A stretch of 64,000 nucleotides of DNA, taken from the NCBI RefSeq assembly GCF_006345805.1, contig NC_042998.1, positions 10,974,001 through 11,038,000 on the forward strand, written 5' to 3'. Below, one piece after another: positions 1 to 13,142 of the stretch. A model generated the notes under the pieces. The model was not told the DNA's origin. It ran no database searches and saw only the letters and a list, made by a program, of their open reading frames with translations. Every line of letters starts with the position of its first letter. Positions within the stretch are counted from its first letter, which is position 1. Both the position numbers and the translations under genes were made by a program. This stretch comes from Octopus sinensis (lineage: Eukaryota).

Positions 1-52
1 ACAGTTCCCTACTCTAGTGAGATAAAGCGCCCTACTATAATAGCAGATACAA

Positions 53-106
53 CCATATCACGTGATTTGGAATTCTGATGCATACCACCTCAATATTCGT
101 CAGTGG
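53..106 (-). ncRNA. Decayed type I hammerhead ribozyme (GAAA mutated to CAAA)
   Basis: Minus strand reads CCA-CTGACGA...TTC-CAAA-TCACGTGA-TA-TGG. Stem I is CCA/TGG and stem III is the palindrome TCACGTGA. Inverted homolog at 814-867. Confidence 0.55.
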
Positions 107-270
107 ATCTTACTAAGATATTGCTTTTTGTGGTTAATGAGCTGTTTTGACTCTTATTTCTAGCAATGCTGGTACTACTTTATACTTTTCTCCCTTTAGT
201 GACTTTTATAAATTTGCCTTTAGGTTTTAAATTGCTGATAAGCCACCTACATTATTTATAGTAAACATGT

Positions 271-700
271 CTTGTTGGCATCCTTTTTGTCTCGGGAGAC
301 AATGGAGTTGCGCATAAAATAGTCTAGTCCGGCTTTTACATTTCATGTCCTGATACATTTCCTGCTGTGGCTGTGTAGTCCTATCTGTTACCTCCTGTGT
401 TGTTTCTGCAGCTTTTTACAGCAGCACTGAAGTGTCCTCTCCAGTTTTGCGCAGGCCTGGGCTAGAGATAAGAAAGTGCCTGGGTAGCCCAATCGTCAGG
501 TTTCCTCTATCGACCTTGCTGACGTAGTCCAAAGGAGTGCTGAGCATTACGTTTGGCATCAGCTTGGTTGCAGGAGCTGCCGGAAGAGTGTCGAGTCGAA
601 CACTAAACCGCCTTCGGGGCTCCACTCTGGATTTCTTTGAAGGTTGTCTCCTTTCCGTAACCCTGGATAGGGGCCCATACCGGTTACTGTCAGCACTACC
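271..700 (-). mobile_element. Non-autonomous bipartite RTE-clade LINE derivative (5'UTR fused to 3' end)
   Basis: Minus strand has an RTE-type 5'UTR (CCAGAGTGGAGCCCCGAAGGCGG...CTCCTGCAACCAAGCTGATGCCAAACGTA...), then the ORF C-terminal remnant IGLHSHSRKC, then the RTE-type 3' end CCATTGTCTCCCGAGACAAAAAGGATGCCAAC. The 5' boundary is approximate. Confidence 0.7.
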
Positions 701-813
701 CTGAAGTAGTGAAGAAGTTCGCTACCCTCTACCGGTCTGAAAAAACACACGCTTTCAACGGTTTTCTTGTAAGTTGACGAGGCGAGTTGAGCTGACCCTA
801 GGCGCAGTAAGAT

Positions 814-867
814 CCACTGACGAGAATCGAGGTGTTATGCAACACAATTTGAAATCACGTGATATAC
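814..867 (+). ncRNA. Type I hammerhead ribozyme with decayed stem I
   Basis: CTGACGA (817-823), stem II GAAT/ATTT, GAAA (851-854), palindromic TCACGTGA, AUA triplet. Stem I pairs poorly in this copy. Confidence 0.55.
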
Positions 868-1070
868 GTATATCTGCTACTTCAGTAAGGAGATTTATTT
901 TACTAGAGCAGGGAACTGTCTCTCTCGTCAACTTACTAAGATAGTGCTTTTTGTGGCTAATGAGTTGTTTTGACTCTTATTTCTAGCAATGGTGGTACAA
1001 CTTTGTATCGTTGCCACTTTAGTGACGTTTATATATTTACCTTTAGGCTTTGAATTAACAAGCCACCTAC

Positions 1071-1223
<153 letters not shown>

Positions 1224-1253
1224 GAAAAAAAGCAACAAGAATGGATTAAAATA

Positions 1254-1334
1254 TCGGTACAATTGTTTCGTACGAGGACGTCTTTAATAGGCTACAAAAA
1301 ATGCAGTAAATATAGATGGCTACTCGTCAGCCGA
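1254..1334 (-). ncRNA. Type I hammerhead ribozyme in a ~345 bp element flanked by (TA)n (1223-1567)
   Basis: Minus strand: TCGG-CTGACGA-GTA..(47 nt)..TAC-GAAA-C-AATT-GTA-CCGA. Stem I is TCGG/CCGA and loop 3 is palindromic. Confidence 0.8.
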
Positions 1335-1567
1335 AAAAACATCAGAGATTCCCAAACATCAAAAGGGGGTAGATACAAATGAGGGTGTGAGTTTAAGTGC
1401 AATTGAAGAAAGTTCGATTCCTGGAGATCCGATGAAAGGTCTTGAACATACAGAATTTGTGCATGTCCATATATAGCTCATAGTGAATTGTTAATCAAGT
1501 TATGTGAAGAAATTTTGGATATATGTGAGTTCATTAGAATTCACTTGAATCTCAATTACTCAAACCG

Positions 1568-1604
<37 letters not shown>

Positions 1605-1989
1605 AACAATGGATTACTAAGTTCGCTTCACCCACCCATCTGGGTAAAACCTTGAATTAAGCTGCATAGGAATGTCTACCCCGGATAAATATATAGTGCA
1701 ACTGAAACACGAAATGCACATAAATGCTACTTCAAATGACATTACGACATTTATGCAGTAGAAACGTGGCAGATTGGAATCTAATGAGAATTTAATGAGA
1801 ATAATACTGTAATAAATATTTTTATAATTCCCTATTTTACCAATGATATCGTCTACATCTCTGCATACATAATATCGTGTGCGCGTGTGTGTGTGTGTAT
1901 GTCGCGGGTTGTATGCGTGTAAGTATATCATATATTATGTGTAATAATGCCCCCTATATAATATAAATATATATATATATATATATATA

Positions 1990-2053
<64 letters not shown>

Positions 2054-2789
2054 GTTATATAATTGTACTGCGCTGAATAAGCACCTGGTAGCTTTTTCTT
2101 ATGCCCTTTACCCTTGAATTCAAAAACCCGCCTATGAACTTTGCATTTTAGTTTATCGAGGACCACACAATATATCACTCGGGCACTAGCGTTGATATAC
2201 TCTAACATATACTCGCACTAAAATATGTAGCTAAGTTTATTAATTTTCCTTGTTTCACTTATGGACCACTGCCATGCTGGGACAACTATGTTTGAAAACA
2301 ATACCTGTGTGATAATTATCGCGAGCATCGGTAAAAGATTATAACATTCGGATTACGGTACATTCGTTTTTAACGACCACTGTGCATTGTCTAGTCGTTA
2401 TCGATCCTACAAGGATGAAACGCATAGTTTATCTCGAGTTTCACTTGGCATATATTCCTTGCGCGAGTAGACTACGTGACAAATAAGAATATTATCAGTA
2501 AAACCTCACAGAGATATGGTTTTTTCCTCACCATATAGCGTTTTTGTTTTTTTCCTGGATTTCAGGACTTACTTTCTGTTTTTCTCTCTCGGTTTCTTCT
2601 GCCAAAGAGGTATTACGGGGGATGTAAACAATATAACACCGGTTGCTAAGAGTCGGTGGAGGAAAACATACGTAGATACATAGACACACACATGCTCTCT
2701 CACACTCACACATACTCTCTCTTCCTCTCTCTCTCTCTCTCTTTCTCTCACATACACATAAATACGAAGGTCTTTATTCCTCAATCAAA

Positions 2790-2923
2790 TTCACTCACAA
2801 GGTTCAAACCGACGCTTTAATAGAAGACACTTGCCCATGTTACCACGCAGTGGAATGAACCTGGAACCATGTGGTTCGGAAGGAAACTTTTTACGACGCA
2901 GTAGTAACGCAGTAACGCCTGTG

Positions 2924-2926
<3 letters not shown>
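2790..2926 (-). mobile_element. SINE family A, 5' head fragment
   Basis: Matches the head of the full copies at 8532 and 14581 (GAAGACACTTGCCC, GGAACCATGTGG). Confidence 0.75.
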
Positions 2927-2964
<38 letters not shown>

Positions 2965-3017
2965 TATTATATATATATATATTTGTGTGGTGTGTGTGTG
3001 TATGTATATATATATAC

Positions 3018-3465
3018 ATTCTCTTATATGTTTCAGCCTTAAGGCTGTGACCATGCTGGGGCACCACCAGTGTAATCACCTTTTAATTAATCAATTCTAT
3101 GTGACTGGCTTTTGGTGTAGGAGTAGGATGGTATTCGACACTGCTACCCTCTTTTGAGTTTCCTGTATTGATATTGGTTCATCTGGGACCTTGGATAGCC
3201 AGAGGTCAAGTTATTTCTTGAAAACATCTACCCCCACTCCATGAAAATCCTTCAGATGTTTTGGCAAGGTTTTAAATAGCTGTGGACCCTTGAATTCCAA
3301 ACTATTGCAGTATACAGTCATGACCTTAGATAGTAGATCAGTTGCCACTTTTGGAACAGTTGGGACTTTTGGAACAGTGCAGTGACGCCCAGTTGCAGGT
3401 CTGGTATAACTCTCAATTCCAAAGTTTAGTGCCAGCACCTCCAGTATCTTCCACACACGTATCAC
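3018..3465 (-). mobile_element. 3' end of a CR1/L2-group LINE including its 3'UTR
   Basis: Translation NSLEFKGPQLFKTLPKHLKDFHGVGVDVFKK*LDLWLSKVPDEP is typical of a LINE ORF2 C-terminus. The tail is GGTGCCCCAGCATGGTCACAGCC...CTGAAAC. Confidence 0.75.
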
Positions 3466-3754
3466 TGCATAGCTCTCCCGTCTTCGCTCCCAGGAACAGA
3501 GACGTAGCTCTGTCGGTCTCTCCTAGTACCTCAGCTGTTACGTTGATTCAGTCTTCCTTGTGTAGCACCTTGTGATTCATTAGGTGATATACGAGTATTG
3601 CTTCTGTGTTCTATAAACTCAAATTTTCGGCTTCGATCTCATCCGTTCTGTCTGACGTGACTATATTTGATAGCAGGAACCATTCAGTATAACAATGTTC
3701 TTTTTATTCTTATTATTATCGCTACAAGTTCTGAAATTTTGTGAAGAGAGCCTA

Positions 3755-3870
3755 ATTGATTGTATTAGCCCCAGTGCCTCACTGATAATTATTTATGACC
3801 TCGAAAAGATGGAAGACCAGGTCAATCGTGACGACATTTGAACCCAGAAGGTAATGCCGGAAGAATAGCA
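3755..3870 (-). mobile_element. Degenerate SINE family B fragment
   Basis: Diverged match to 7772-7989. Confidence 0.5.
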
Positions 3871-3933
3871 CGCACACACATACACACATACTGTGTACAT
3901 ACACGCACATACATACCCATATGTGTATATATA

Positions 3934-4024
<91 letters not shown>

Positions 4025-4201
4025 GTGTGTGTACGTATGTATATGAATATATGTGTATATATATATATATAATAAAATATATTTATACTATAAAATTGGA
4101 ATTTTATGTATTGGCTTATGTTTTTCACTGTTTGATTTGCCTAATAGTGGTTTTATCTCTAATTTAATATAATATATATATATATATAGATAGATAGATA
4201 G

Positions 4202-4234
<33 letters not shown>

Positions 4235-4599
4235 CACCACACATATATATATATATATATATAGATAGATACACACACACATACACACACACACATATAT
4301 ATATAATGCAACCCTTATTTCTAGGTGTCTATTCTTTGTGTAAATTCGCACTTTTATAATACAAATTTAATGCCTATTGTTATTTTAATTCACCGTAATA
4401 GAATCTGTGGGAGCAAACGACCATTGTTTTAGCGACAATCGGTTTGTCAGTGTAGGCGTTTTCCTTCACCGAAGTGTTTAGTATAGAGTTATAAGGAAAA
4501 TTATCTATTTATGTTGCATACAGACATTGCATTACGCAATCACTAACACTGATTGCCGTATATGCCGATATGGCAATTGTTAATATGAACATACCTATG

Positions 4600-4644
4600 T
4601 ACATACTTATACGTGATGTATATATATATATGTGTGTGTGAGTG

Positions 4645-4698
<54 letters not shown>

Positions 4699-4776
4699 AG
4701 TATATATATATATACATATATTTGTATGTATATATATTTGTATGTATATATATATTATATATATATTATATATATG

Positions 4777-4819
<43 letters not shown>

Positions 4820-5065
4820 TATATATATTTGTATGTATATATATATATTATGCATATATATTATATATATATATGTATATGATATATGTGTGTATATATA
4901 TATGTTATATATATGTATATATATATGTATATATATATATATGTATATATATGTATATATATATGGATATATATGCATATATCTATATATATATGCATAT
5001 ATATATGTATATATATTATATATATATATATTATATATAAATGTATAATTACATATACACACACG
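4600..5065. repeat. Imperfect (TA)n/(TG)n microsatellite
   Basis: Directly visible; it is the source of the YI-repeat ORFs. Confidence 0.95.
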
Positions 5066-5319
5066 CATCTTTTCCTCTTTCTCTCCGACTTCCTCACTCT
5101 AACTTTTATGCATACATGAAAACGTGTTCGTGCGTATATGTGTTCGTGCGTATATGTGTTCGTGCGTATATGTGTGACGTTTGTATATGTGCGAGTGTAT
5201 TAAGTGCAGCGATAACCGAATCATTAGAGAATTGAATGAGTCAAACAGTTCCACTTGATCGACGGAGTGGAACATTCATCGTTGAACCCAATCTAGATAA
5301 ATATTTGGTTTTGCTTTGC

Positions 5320-5600
5320 ATTTTCCTCTTGGGCTTCAAATCTGTTAATAAGGCTACATGCCCTTTATGTGTCCATGGCCTATAAGCGACTGAGAATGGA
5401 ATAGTGACCTCACCTTCCTGAAGGCGTTTCCATCCATCGCCGGTGAAATCCCCAGCTGTCGTTGGCAGACATTTCCAATTCAGGTGATAGGAGCAACGTG
5501 AAATGAAGTGCCTTGCTGAATAAAACGACGCACGAACCGATGTGGGTATCGAAACCACAACATTACGATCGGGAATCCAATACCTTAACCACTCGACCTA
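5320..5600 (-). mobile_element. Degenerate tRNA-derived SINE
   Basis: Minus strand begins GGTCGAGTGGTTAAGG (A box) ... GGTTTCGATACC (B box) ... CAGCAAGGCACTTCATTTCACGTTGCTCC. Confidence 0.6.
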
Positions 5601-5742
5601 GAATCGATAAGAAATGTCGATTTGGTATACAATGAGTTACATTTTATTAGAAATATCCATTAATGGGTGTGCACTTTGCACGCGTACATACGCATGCACA
5701 CATTACGCGCGCGCACCCACCCACGCGTAGACACACATACAC

Positions 5743-7462
5743 ATCATTCATCATCATTGTTCGACAGTGGTCGAGACAATGGAATTTACCATGCTACGCC
5801 AGACTTCACGGTCCATCATGGCATTACGGAGGTCCTGTTGCTGGATGCCTGTATCCCTGGAGATTACATCAGGGTAGGAGAGTGTGCGCCCTCTGGTATT
5901 GCGAGTAGATGGCTTTTCAGCTCTACAACAATGTCCAGCAAACTGGACTCTCCTACCTTTCACAAGAGATGACACAGGTGGTAGTTTCCCATATATCTGC
6001 ATTTTGGTTTGATGGCGCTTCCACGAGAGATTTTGAGCTCTCATAAGGAGGCGAGTGTAGGTTCCATCCAACCGCCTCTCAAGCTTCTTTGATAACGTCC
6101 AGGTTTCTGAGCCATATAGTAGAATTGGTTCGACTGTGGCTTTGAATATTTCAAGTTTGAAGTCTCTACTTAGATTTGATGACCAGATCTTATGCATGTC
6201 ATTACAGGCTGACCAGGCCATACACTTTCTAGTTAGAAAGTCTTTTCCAGATGATGATATGTATGACCCAAGATATTTATAATCAGAAAAACATATTTAA
6301 AGGCGCACTGTTGAGAGTATGGATGATGATGCAATCACTGTTGGACAGGCACTTGTTTATGTATTCAGTTTTGGTCTCATTGAGGTAAAGACCTACACAA
6401 TTTGAGGCTTGTTCAAGAGATTGTAAAAGAGACTGGGCATTGGAGAGAGAATCACTGATAAGAGCGATGTCGTCAGCAAAGTCAGTATCTGTCAAGTACT
6501 CAGCTGGGTGTCTGGAACTTCTTCTTGGTTATATTTCAAAGCCCTTGCCAGAGATGATATCAACTGACATACGTAGCACATAATCAACAACAATGATGAA
6601 AAGAAATGGGGCGAGTGTGTCTCCCTGCAGTATTCCGGCTTTGATTGAGAAAGATGATGTTTCTCCGTCAGGGGTTAAGATGGTTGAAAACGTATCTGTG
6701 TAGAGGACCTTGATGGCAGAAATGATTTTGTCTGGTATCCCATAGAGCTTAAGGATTTCAAACATCTTGTACCTATATAGAGAATCGAACGCTTTAGAAA
6801 AGTCTACAAATACCACTGCAAGATCGCGATTAAATGCTTTTGATTCTTCAATAAGTCTGCGTAGGCATAGTATCTGGCTCAGCGTTGAGCGCCCATGTCT
6901 GAATCCATTTTGGTTCTTTCGGAGCAAAGGTTCAACAAAAAGGACAAGACGATTTAGGATCAGTTTGTTGTACAGTTTTGCAGCAATTGACATTAGAGAT
7001 ATACCCCTGTAGTTGGTTGACGAGGGATAAATCGCCTTTTTGGGTATTGGAATGATTTGAGATTGGTGCCAAATCTTTTGGAGCGACAAAGGTGGAAAGG
7101 TTGTGGTTGCAGGGTTGAGCAAAAGTGTGTGAAATCTATCATCCTTCCAAATTACAGCTGGGATGTTGTCGGGACCAAATGCTTTCGAGGCTTTTAGTTG
7201 CTTGGTAGCTGCTGTTAGTTCAAATATAGTAAAAGGGGAGGTGTTGATGTCCAGCGTGTCTGATATAGGCACACTTGGAAGAGTGGGGTTATCAGGGATT
7301 TTGGCATTCTTCCCAAGGAGGTTTTTAAAATGGGTTGACCAATTTTCTAAACGCTTCTTAGCTGATCCCCCTTTAATTCTAATTCATGACCCACAATTTT
7401 TGCCTGATGGGTCTTTGATGGATTTCCAGGCGAGATGGTGTTTTTTACTAATGTGCTCTTTG
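5743..7462 (-). mobile_element. 5'-truncated RTE/RTE-X LINE, frameshifted reverse transcriptase pseudogene
   Basis: ORFs contain NYRGISL, QNGFRHGRST, FVDFSKAFDS, GILQGDTLAPFLF, DFADDIAL and ILLYGSETWTL. Ends in an (ATG)n tail near 5745. Confidence 0.95.
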
Positions 7463-7596
7463 GATAGTCTACTAATTTACACATACACAGTTACACATAC
7501 CATACAGCCCCCACCCCCCGCCACATATATGTATGATGTGTTTTTGCATACGTATACGCGCGCACACACAGACATACTCACACACACACGTACATG

Positions 7597-7645
<49 letters not shown>

Positions 7646-7771
7646 TATATATTGTCCGTACGCGCACACACATACGCGTAGAGACACACATGCACAGTTA
7701 CATATACCATACACACATACACATATATATGTATGATATATTTTTGTATACATACGTGTGTATATAGATTG

Positions 7772-7989
7772 CTTTACTACCCACAAGGGCTAAACACAGA
7801 GGGGACAAACAAGGACAGACAAACGGATTAAGTCGATTGCATCGACCCAGTGCGTAACTGGTACTTAATTTATCGACCCCGAAAGGATGAAAGGCAAAGT
7901 CGACCTCGGCGGAATTTGAACCCAGAACGTTACGGCAGACGAAATACGGCTACGCAATTCGCCCGTCGTGCTAACGTTTCTGCCAGCTC
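7772..7989 (-). mobile_element. SINE family B (Meta-domain-like body)
   Basis: GTCGACTTTGCCTTTCATCCTTTCGGGGTCGATAAATTAAGTACCAG on the minus strand; many copies in the window. Confidence 0.9.
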
Positions 7990-8531
7990 ATGCAACGAGT
8001 TTAACTTTGCGCGCGCGCGCGCGTGTGTGTGTGCGCGCGCGTATGTGTGTATTTAGGTGCACACGTAAAACCCAGTTTGCATTATTTTTAGTTTCCTGGA
8101 AGTGAGCAATCTCTTCTTTGTATTTCTAATGCCACCACTTTAGTAATATTCATTTAACCAAACGTTTATTTTGTTTCATAATGATAATAACAGAAATTGA
8201 CTGAACTGATTGATAGAAGTAAAACATACAGCGTTCTATTTTGATTGTGCAGCTTCAAACCTCTCATCTTTTGTTTTTCCAGTCAGATACAACAGTTAGC
8301 AATAAAAATCTAGATTTCTAAGAATCTTCAAACTGTTCTCCCAACAAATCGAACTAACGAAGGAGTTTCTATATGTTTGCTACTCCTCCATCAAATATCA
8401 AATGCATTGAATACTATTTAGATAGTAATCTCTTAATAAACAAACAACCACTTCGTTTAATATATGGTAATTTATGGCATATTTCTATAAGAAAAACAAA
8501 GGCAAAAACAATGGACATGGCCATGACGCCT

Positions 8532-8936
8532 TGGCTGTGTGGTAAGTAGCTTGCTTACCAACCACATGTTTCCGGGTTCAGTCCCACTGCGTGGCACCTT
8601 GGGCAAGTGTCTTCTGCTATAGCCCCGGGCCGACCAAAGCCTTGTGAGTGGATTTGGTAGACGGAAACTGAAAGATGCCCGTCGTATATATGTATATATA
8701 TATATGTGTGCGTGTGTGTTTGTATGTCTGTGTTTGTCCCCCTAGCATTGCTTGACAACCGATGCTGGTGTGTTCATGTCCCCGTTACTTAGCGGTTCGG
8801 CAAAAGAGACCGATAGAATAAGTACTGGGCTTACAAAAGAATAAGTCCCGGGGTCGATTTGCTCGACTAAAGGCGGTGCTCCAGCATGGCCGCAGTCAAA
8901 TGACTGAAACAAGTAAAAGAGAAAAAAAGAGAGAGA
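8532..8936 (+). mobile_element. SINE family A (tRNA-like head, CORE-like body, LINE-like tail)
   Basis: TGGCTGTGTGGTAAG (A box), GGTTCAGTCC (B box), CCTTGGGCAAGTG, internal (TA/TG)n, tail CCAGCATGGCCGCAGTC..CTGAAACAAGTAAAAGAG. Confidence 0.92.
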
Positions 8937-9579
8937 ATTTAACAAATTATGATATTCCAAACCTCATATTTGAAATTTGAAAACTTACCAATGGCTGCTT
9001 AGTGGTTGGTGATATTTTGCTAATTTAAAATCATCGGATTCTATATTTGCCAAATCCTTTAACTTTTCCTTTTACATGTTTATAATCAGTTTCTCTGGTT
9101 AGCTAACAACAATGCTACTTAGTCTGATCCCTTTCTTAGTCAGGTATGAGGAATGGAAATGCTAACGGCAAATTTACTTCCTTCCGAAGATGGCGTTTAT
9201 AATATTTATTAGTCATTAACAGCAATCTGGCACATATTCTAATTCTGACAAAAATATTTTTTGCAAATATATTAATATAAATATAGTACTTGGTTTAATT
9301 ATTAGATTTCTAAGAAAATCCCCTAGTTTCTCCAGGGACTTCAGTAGTGCTCTCCCCCACTTAATATTTATCGTCTCGTTGAGAGCTTACAATATCAACA
9401 AGGAGGGGTAAAGTGCAGGTTAAGAAATACTGCTTTAAGAAAACTGATTTATTCTAACGAAACCCATCATTACCCACAATCACCACAAGCAGCAATTGTT
9501 AAGACTGACTTAACTATGCGGTAGATCTATTCAGTCCACAGGTTTAACACCATTACCTTGGTTGTATGTAGAGGAGTTA

Positions 9580-9993
9580 AGGCGGGGAGCTGGCAGAAAC
9601 GTTAGCACGCCGGGCGAAATGCGTAGCCGTATTTCGTCTGCCGCTACGTTCTGAGTTCAAATTCCGCCGAGGTCGACTTTGCCTTTCATCCTTTCGGGGC
9701 GATAAATTAAGTACCAGTTACGCGCTGGGGTCGATGTAATCGACTTAATCCGTTTATCTGTCCTTGCTTGTCCTCTCTGTGTTTAGCTCCCTGTGGGTAG
9801 TAAAGAAATAGGTATTTCGTCTGCCATTACGTTCTGAGTTCAAATTCCGCCGAGGTCGACTTTGCCTTTCATCCTTTCGGAGTCGATAAATTAAGTACCA
9901 GTTACGCGCTGGGTCGATGTAATCGACTTAATCCGTTTGTCTGTCCTTGCTTGTCCCCTCCATGTTTAGCCCCTTGTGGGCAATAAAGAAATA
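9580..9993 (+). mobile_element. SINE family B with a tandemly duplicated 183 bp body
   Basis: GTATTTCGTCTGCC at 9629 and 9812. Confidence 0.9.
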
Positions 9994-10654
9994 TATATTT
10001 AAAGGAGTTAGCTTTGTTTCAGGTATGCATATCAGGTCTCCAAACTGAGGATTAATAGATATCTTGCTATGCGGCTTTCTACAGCAACAGCCAACTTACG
10101 AGTCATAGTTTCTTTCTATTCCCTCTCCCTGATAAGGTTCATACAAAAATTATGGTGTTCATCTTTCCTTATATCAATAAACCATGACAAAATATAAACA
10201 AATATTGTCCATTAAAATGCATACCACGTGTTTATTGTTAGTTCTAAATTTTAAGACAGTATATTCGCTAATGCAAACAAAATGCCAATAGTCAGCTATG
10301 CAAATTCAATAATAATTAAGTCAGCGCCTTTCATGGAATTCTGACTGAGGATCAATCAACTGCAAATGTTATAACAACAAAAATCGGAGCTATATTAATA
10401 ATTTCACGTTCTATAATTATAATTTAGCAAATTAAAACCCGAGAAAAAGGAATAGAATATTTAAATATGAAAATATAAAGCGTAAACAAATAATCTCAAA
10501 ATGTAAAATTAACAGAACGGAAAGAGTAGAGACCTGAAGAATAGAAAGATTTATTGAAACAAGATATGAAATTTTATATTGATTTCTTAAATTGGAACAA
10601 GGTTATAAATTCCAAGAATTGATGTGCTTGACTATATCGTATCGAGTCAGAATT

Positions 10655-10785
10655 TCATTGGTACTTGAATTTTGTCAAGCCCAGAAGGATTAATGGCAAA
10701 GATGACCTCGGCAGAGTTTGAACTCCGAACGTAGTAGCAAAGTACCGCCAGGCAGGTTGTGTACCTATTCTGCTAGCGTGTCATG
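10655..10785 (-). mobile_element. Degenerate SINE family B
   Basis: GGCAAAGATGACCTCGGCAGAGTTTGAACTCCGAACGTA. Confidence 0.6.
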
Positions 10786-11756
10786 TTTAAGGCCTACGTG
10801 CAATTAGTGGCTACTATTTCATCATCTATGTGAATAAAATACTTAAGAGTATGACGTGGTTTCCTTCTTTAACTCCTGTTTCATATCAATGGTAGCAATT
10901 GTGCTGTGAGGGAACTTGTTAACCGGAAACTATGAAAGAGAAATAACAATAACGACATTTCTAAGCCATTTGTAATGGGCAGGTGTTGGCTAGTCGTTGA
11001 ACAAAGGAAAGGCGAGGATGTGAAGAGATAATTGATCTGTTTCAATTTAGGTGTATTGTATTAATAAAAGCTAGAGTGATATTTCAATACAGTTGAAGAG
11101 ATTCAACGTGTACACGTGGGCGTAACGTTTATTGTATAGGTGCGGTGAATATACTCTTATTTGTTTCGGTGCGTGTTTGAAAATATTTAACGGATAATGC
11201 GTGTAAGTATGTAGGAGATTAAATATCGCTTTGTATGCTTATAAAAAGAAAAAGGTGAAACTAACAGAGTCAGCACAATATTAAACTTATTGACCGCGGT
11301 GTTCATAGTGTCTCTCAAACTCACTATACTTGACTGCTAAAAATAGCAACTAAATCTATTTCTAACACTGTCTTCGATCTTAAAACAAAACCTTTAAGAA
11401 GTCGAGAAGGTAAATAACTGGAATGATATTCATCATTCAGGGTTTGGTGTCAGTTGGGACAAAAGAACAATAATAGAGCAATCATTTGTTCGCCCTCCAC
11501 GTCGAAAATGTTCAAAGGTACAGTTAGGATTGTAGCATGCTTTTGAAGATGGTGATTAACTTTATCGTTTCCTCGACACCCCGACTCCCTCTTGCCCGCA
11601 TTCACTCAGAACACATAGAGAATATACAAAAACAAATAGACACAAACATACATATACACACACAAACACACACGCATCAATTTGTATGTGTGTGTATGTA
11701 CATACATATATATTTTGTATATGTATATATGTGCGCGTGCATGTGGGTGGGTGTGG

Positions 11757-11788
<32 letters not shown>

Positions 11789-11887
11789 TACATTCACATA
11801 TACACACACACTCATATATATGTATATATATATGTATATATAAATATCTCTCTCTCTATATATTATATATGTATATATATGTATATA

Positions 11888-11933
<46 letters not shown>

Positions 11934-11986
11934 TATATACATATATATATGAGTGTGTGTGTATATGTGAATGTATGTATATGTGT

Positions 11987-12035
<49 letters not shown>

Positions 12036-12090
12036 GTATATATATATGTATATATGTATCTCTCTCTCTCTCTCTATATATATATATTAT

Positions 12091-12126
<36 letters not shown>

Positions 12127-12158
12127 CATACATACATACATACATGCACATATATATA

Positions 12159-12206
<48 letters not shown>

Positions 12207-12499
12207 CGGGCGCGATAAAACACATACTTTCACCCTTTTTTAGTGCATACGGAAGCATATTTACAGGTGGGCTTGTACGGAATAGTATTAAGATGTAAGT
12301 CTTTGTAACGCTTCCGATTGAGAATTTTATTTGATCTACCCGGAAGAAGGCGCTGTAGATGACACCCGGTTACCAAGTTTAGGTCAAAAGTGGAGGGGAT
12401 GCCCAAATAAGTCCAACTAAATGCTTCCTTTACTTCAAAATTTTATAAACTATCTGCTGAATTCACCATTTTTGACAATTTGACATCGAGAATTATACA

Positions 12500-12700
12500 A
12501 GCCCCCAAACTGACCTCTCTGTACTGTTCTAAAGCTCCAAGTCCCAGATGCACCTAGATCATGGCAAGAAACTCAAAAAAGGGCAGCAATATCCATTTCC
12601 CTCCTTCACCAAAAGCCATTCACTAAAGAATGAGCATTGTAAGGTAATAACCTTAGTGGTGCTTCAGCATGGCCACAGTCATAGGGTTGTAAAGCATAAG
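12500..12700 (+). mobile_element. 3' tail fragment of the same LINE family as 3018-3465
   Basis: GTCCCAGATGCACC...GAAACTCAAAAAAGGGCAGCA matches the reverse complement of ~3135-3190. Ends GTGGTGCTTCAGCATGGCCACAGTC. Confidence 0.7.
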
Positions 12701-13142
12701 ATAATGACAGAATATATGTATGTATGTATGTATTGGGCCAAACAAGACTATGTACTAGCACCTATCATATTTTAAATACAAACGACTCCTGAGTCGATGA
12801 AATATCAACTACAAATCTATACAGATACGCTGGAAGCATTTTCAGTTGATTACTTAAATCGAAAGGTCGCTCATGATGTTTTCGAAGCATTCATATTTAT
12901 CTTAATTCTCTCAATAAACCAACTTTGACGCATTTGTCTTCACTAATGATATGTTTGTATAACAATCGAAGTATAAAATGACAAATTTTCTTATTCAGTT
13001 TCTCCGCGAATCAGAAAAAAACCATTTCAATTTATTATTCATTTTTAAATAGCCGAAGTAATCTTAATCCTCACCATTCTCAGCAACATCTTGTGCTACT
13101 CTTCTTTCTTTTCAGATATCATCAGAAACTAAATACTATCAA

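Noticed and set aside
4613-5119. Numerous YI/CV/HT-repeat ORFs here and throughout the window
   Set aside because: Translations of (TA)n, (TG)n and (ACAT)n microsatellites, not genes.
13095-13130. CTGATGA...GAAA on the minus strand, or a small exon
   Set aside because: No stem pairing, and all three frames between the putative splice sites contain stops.
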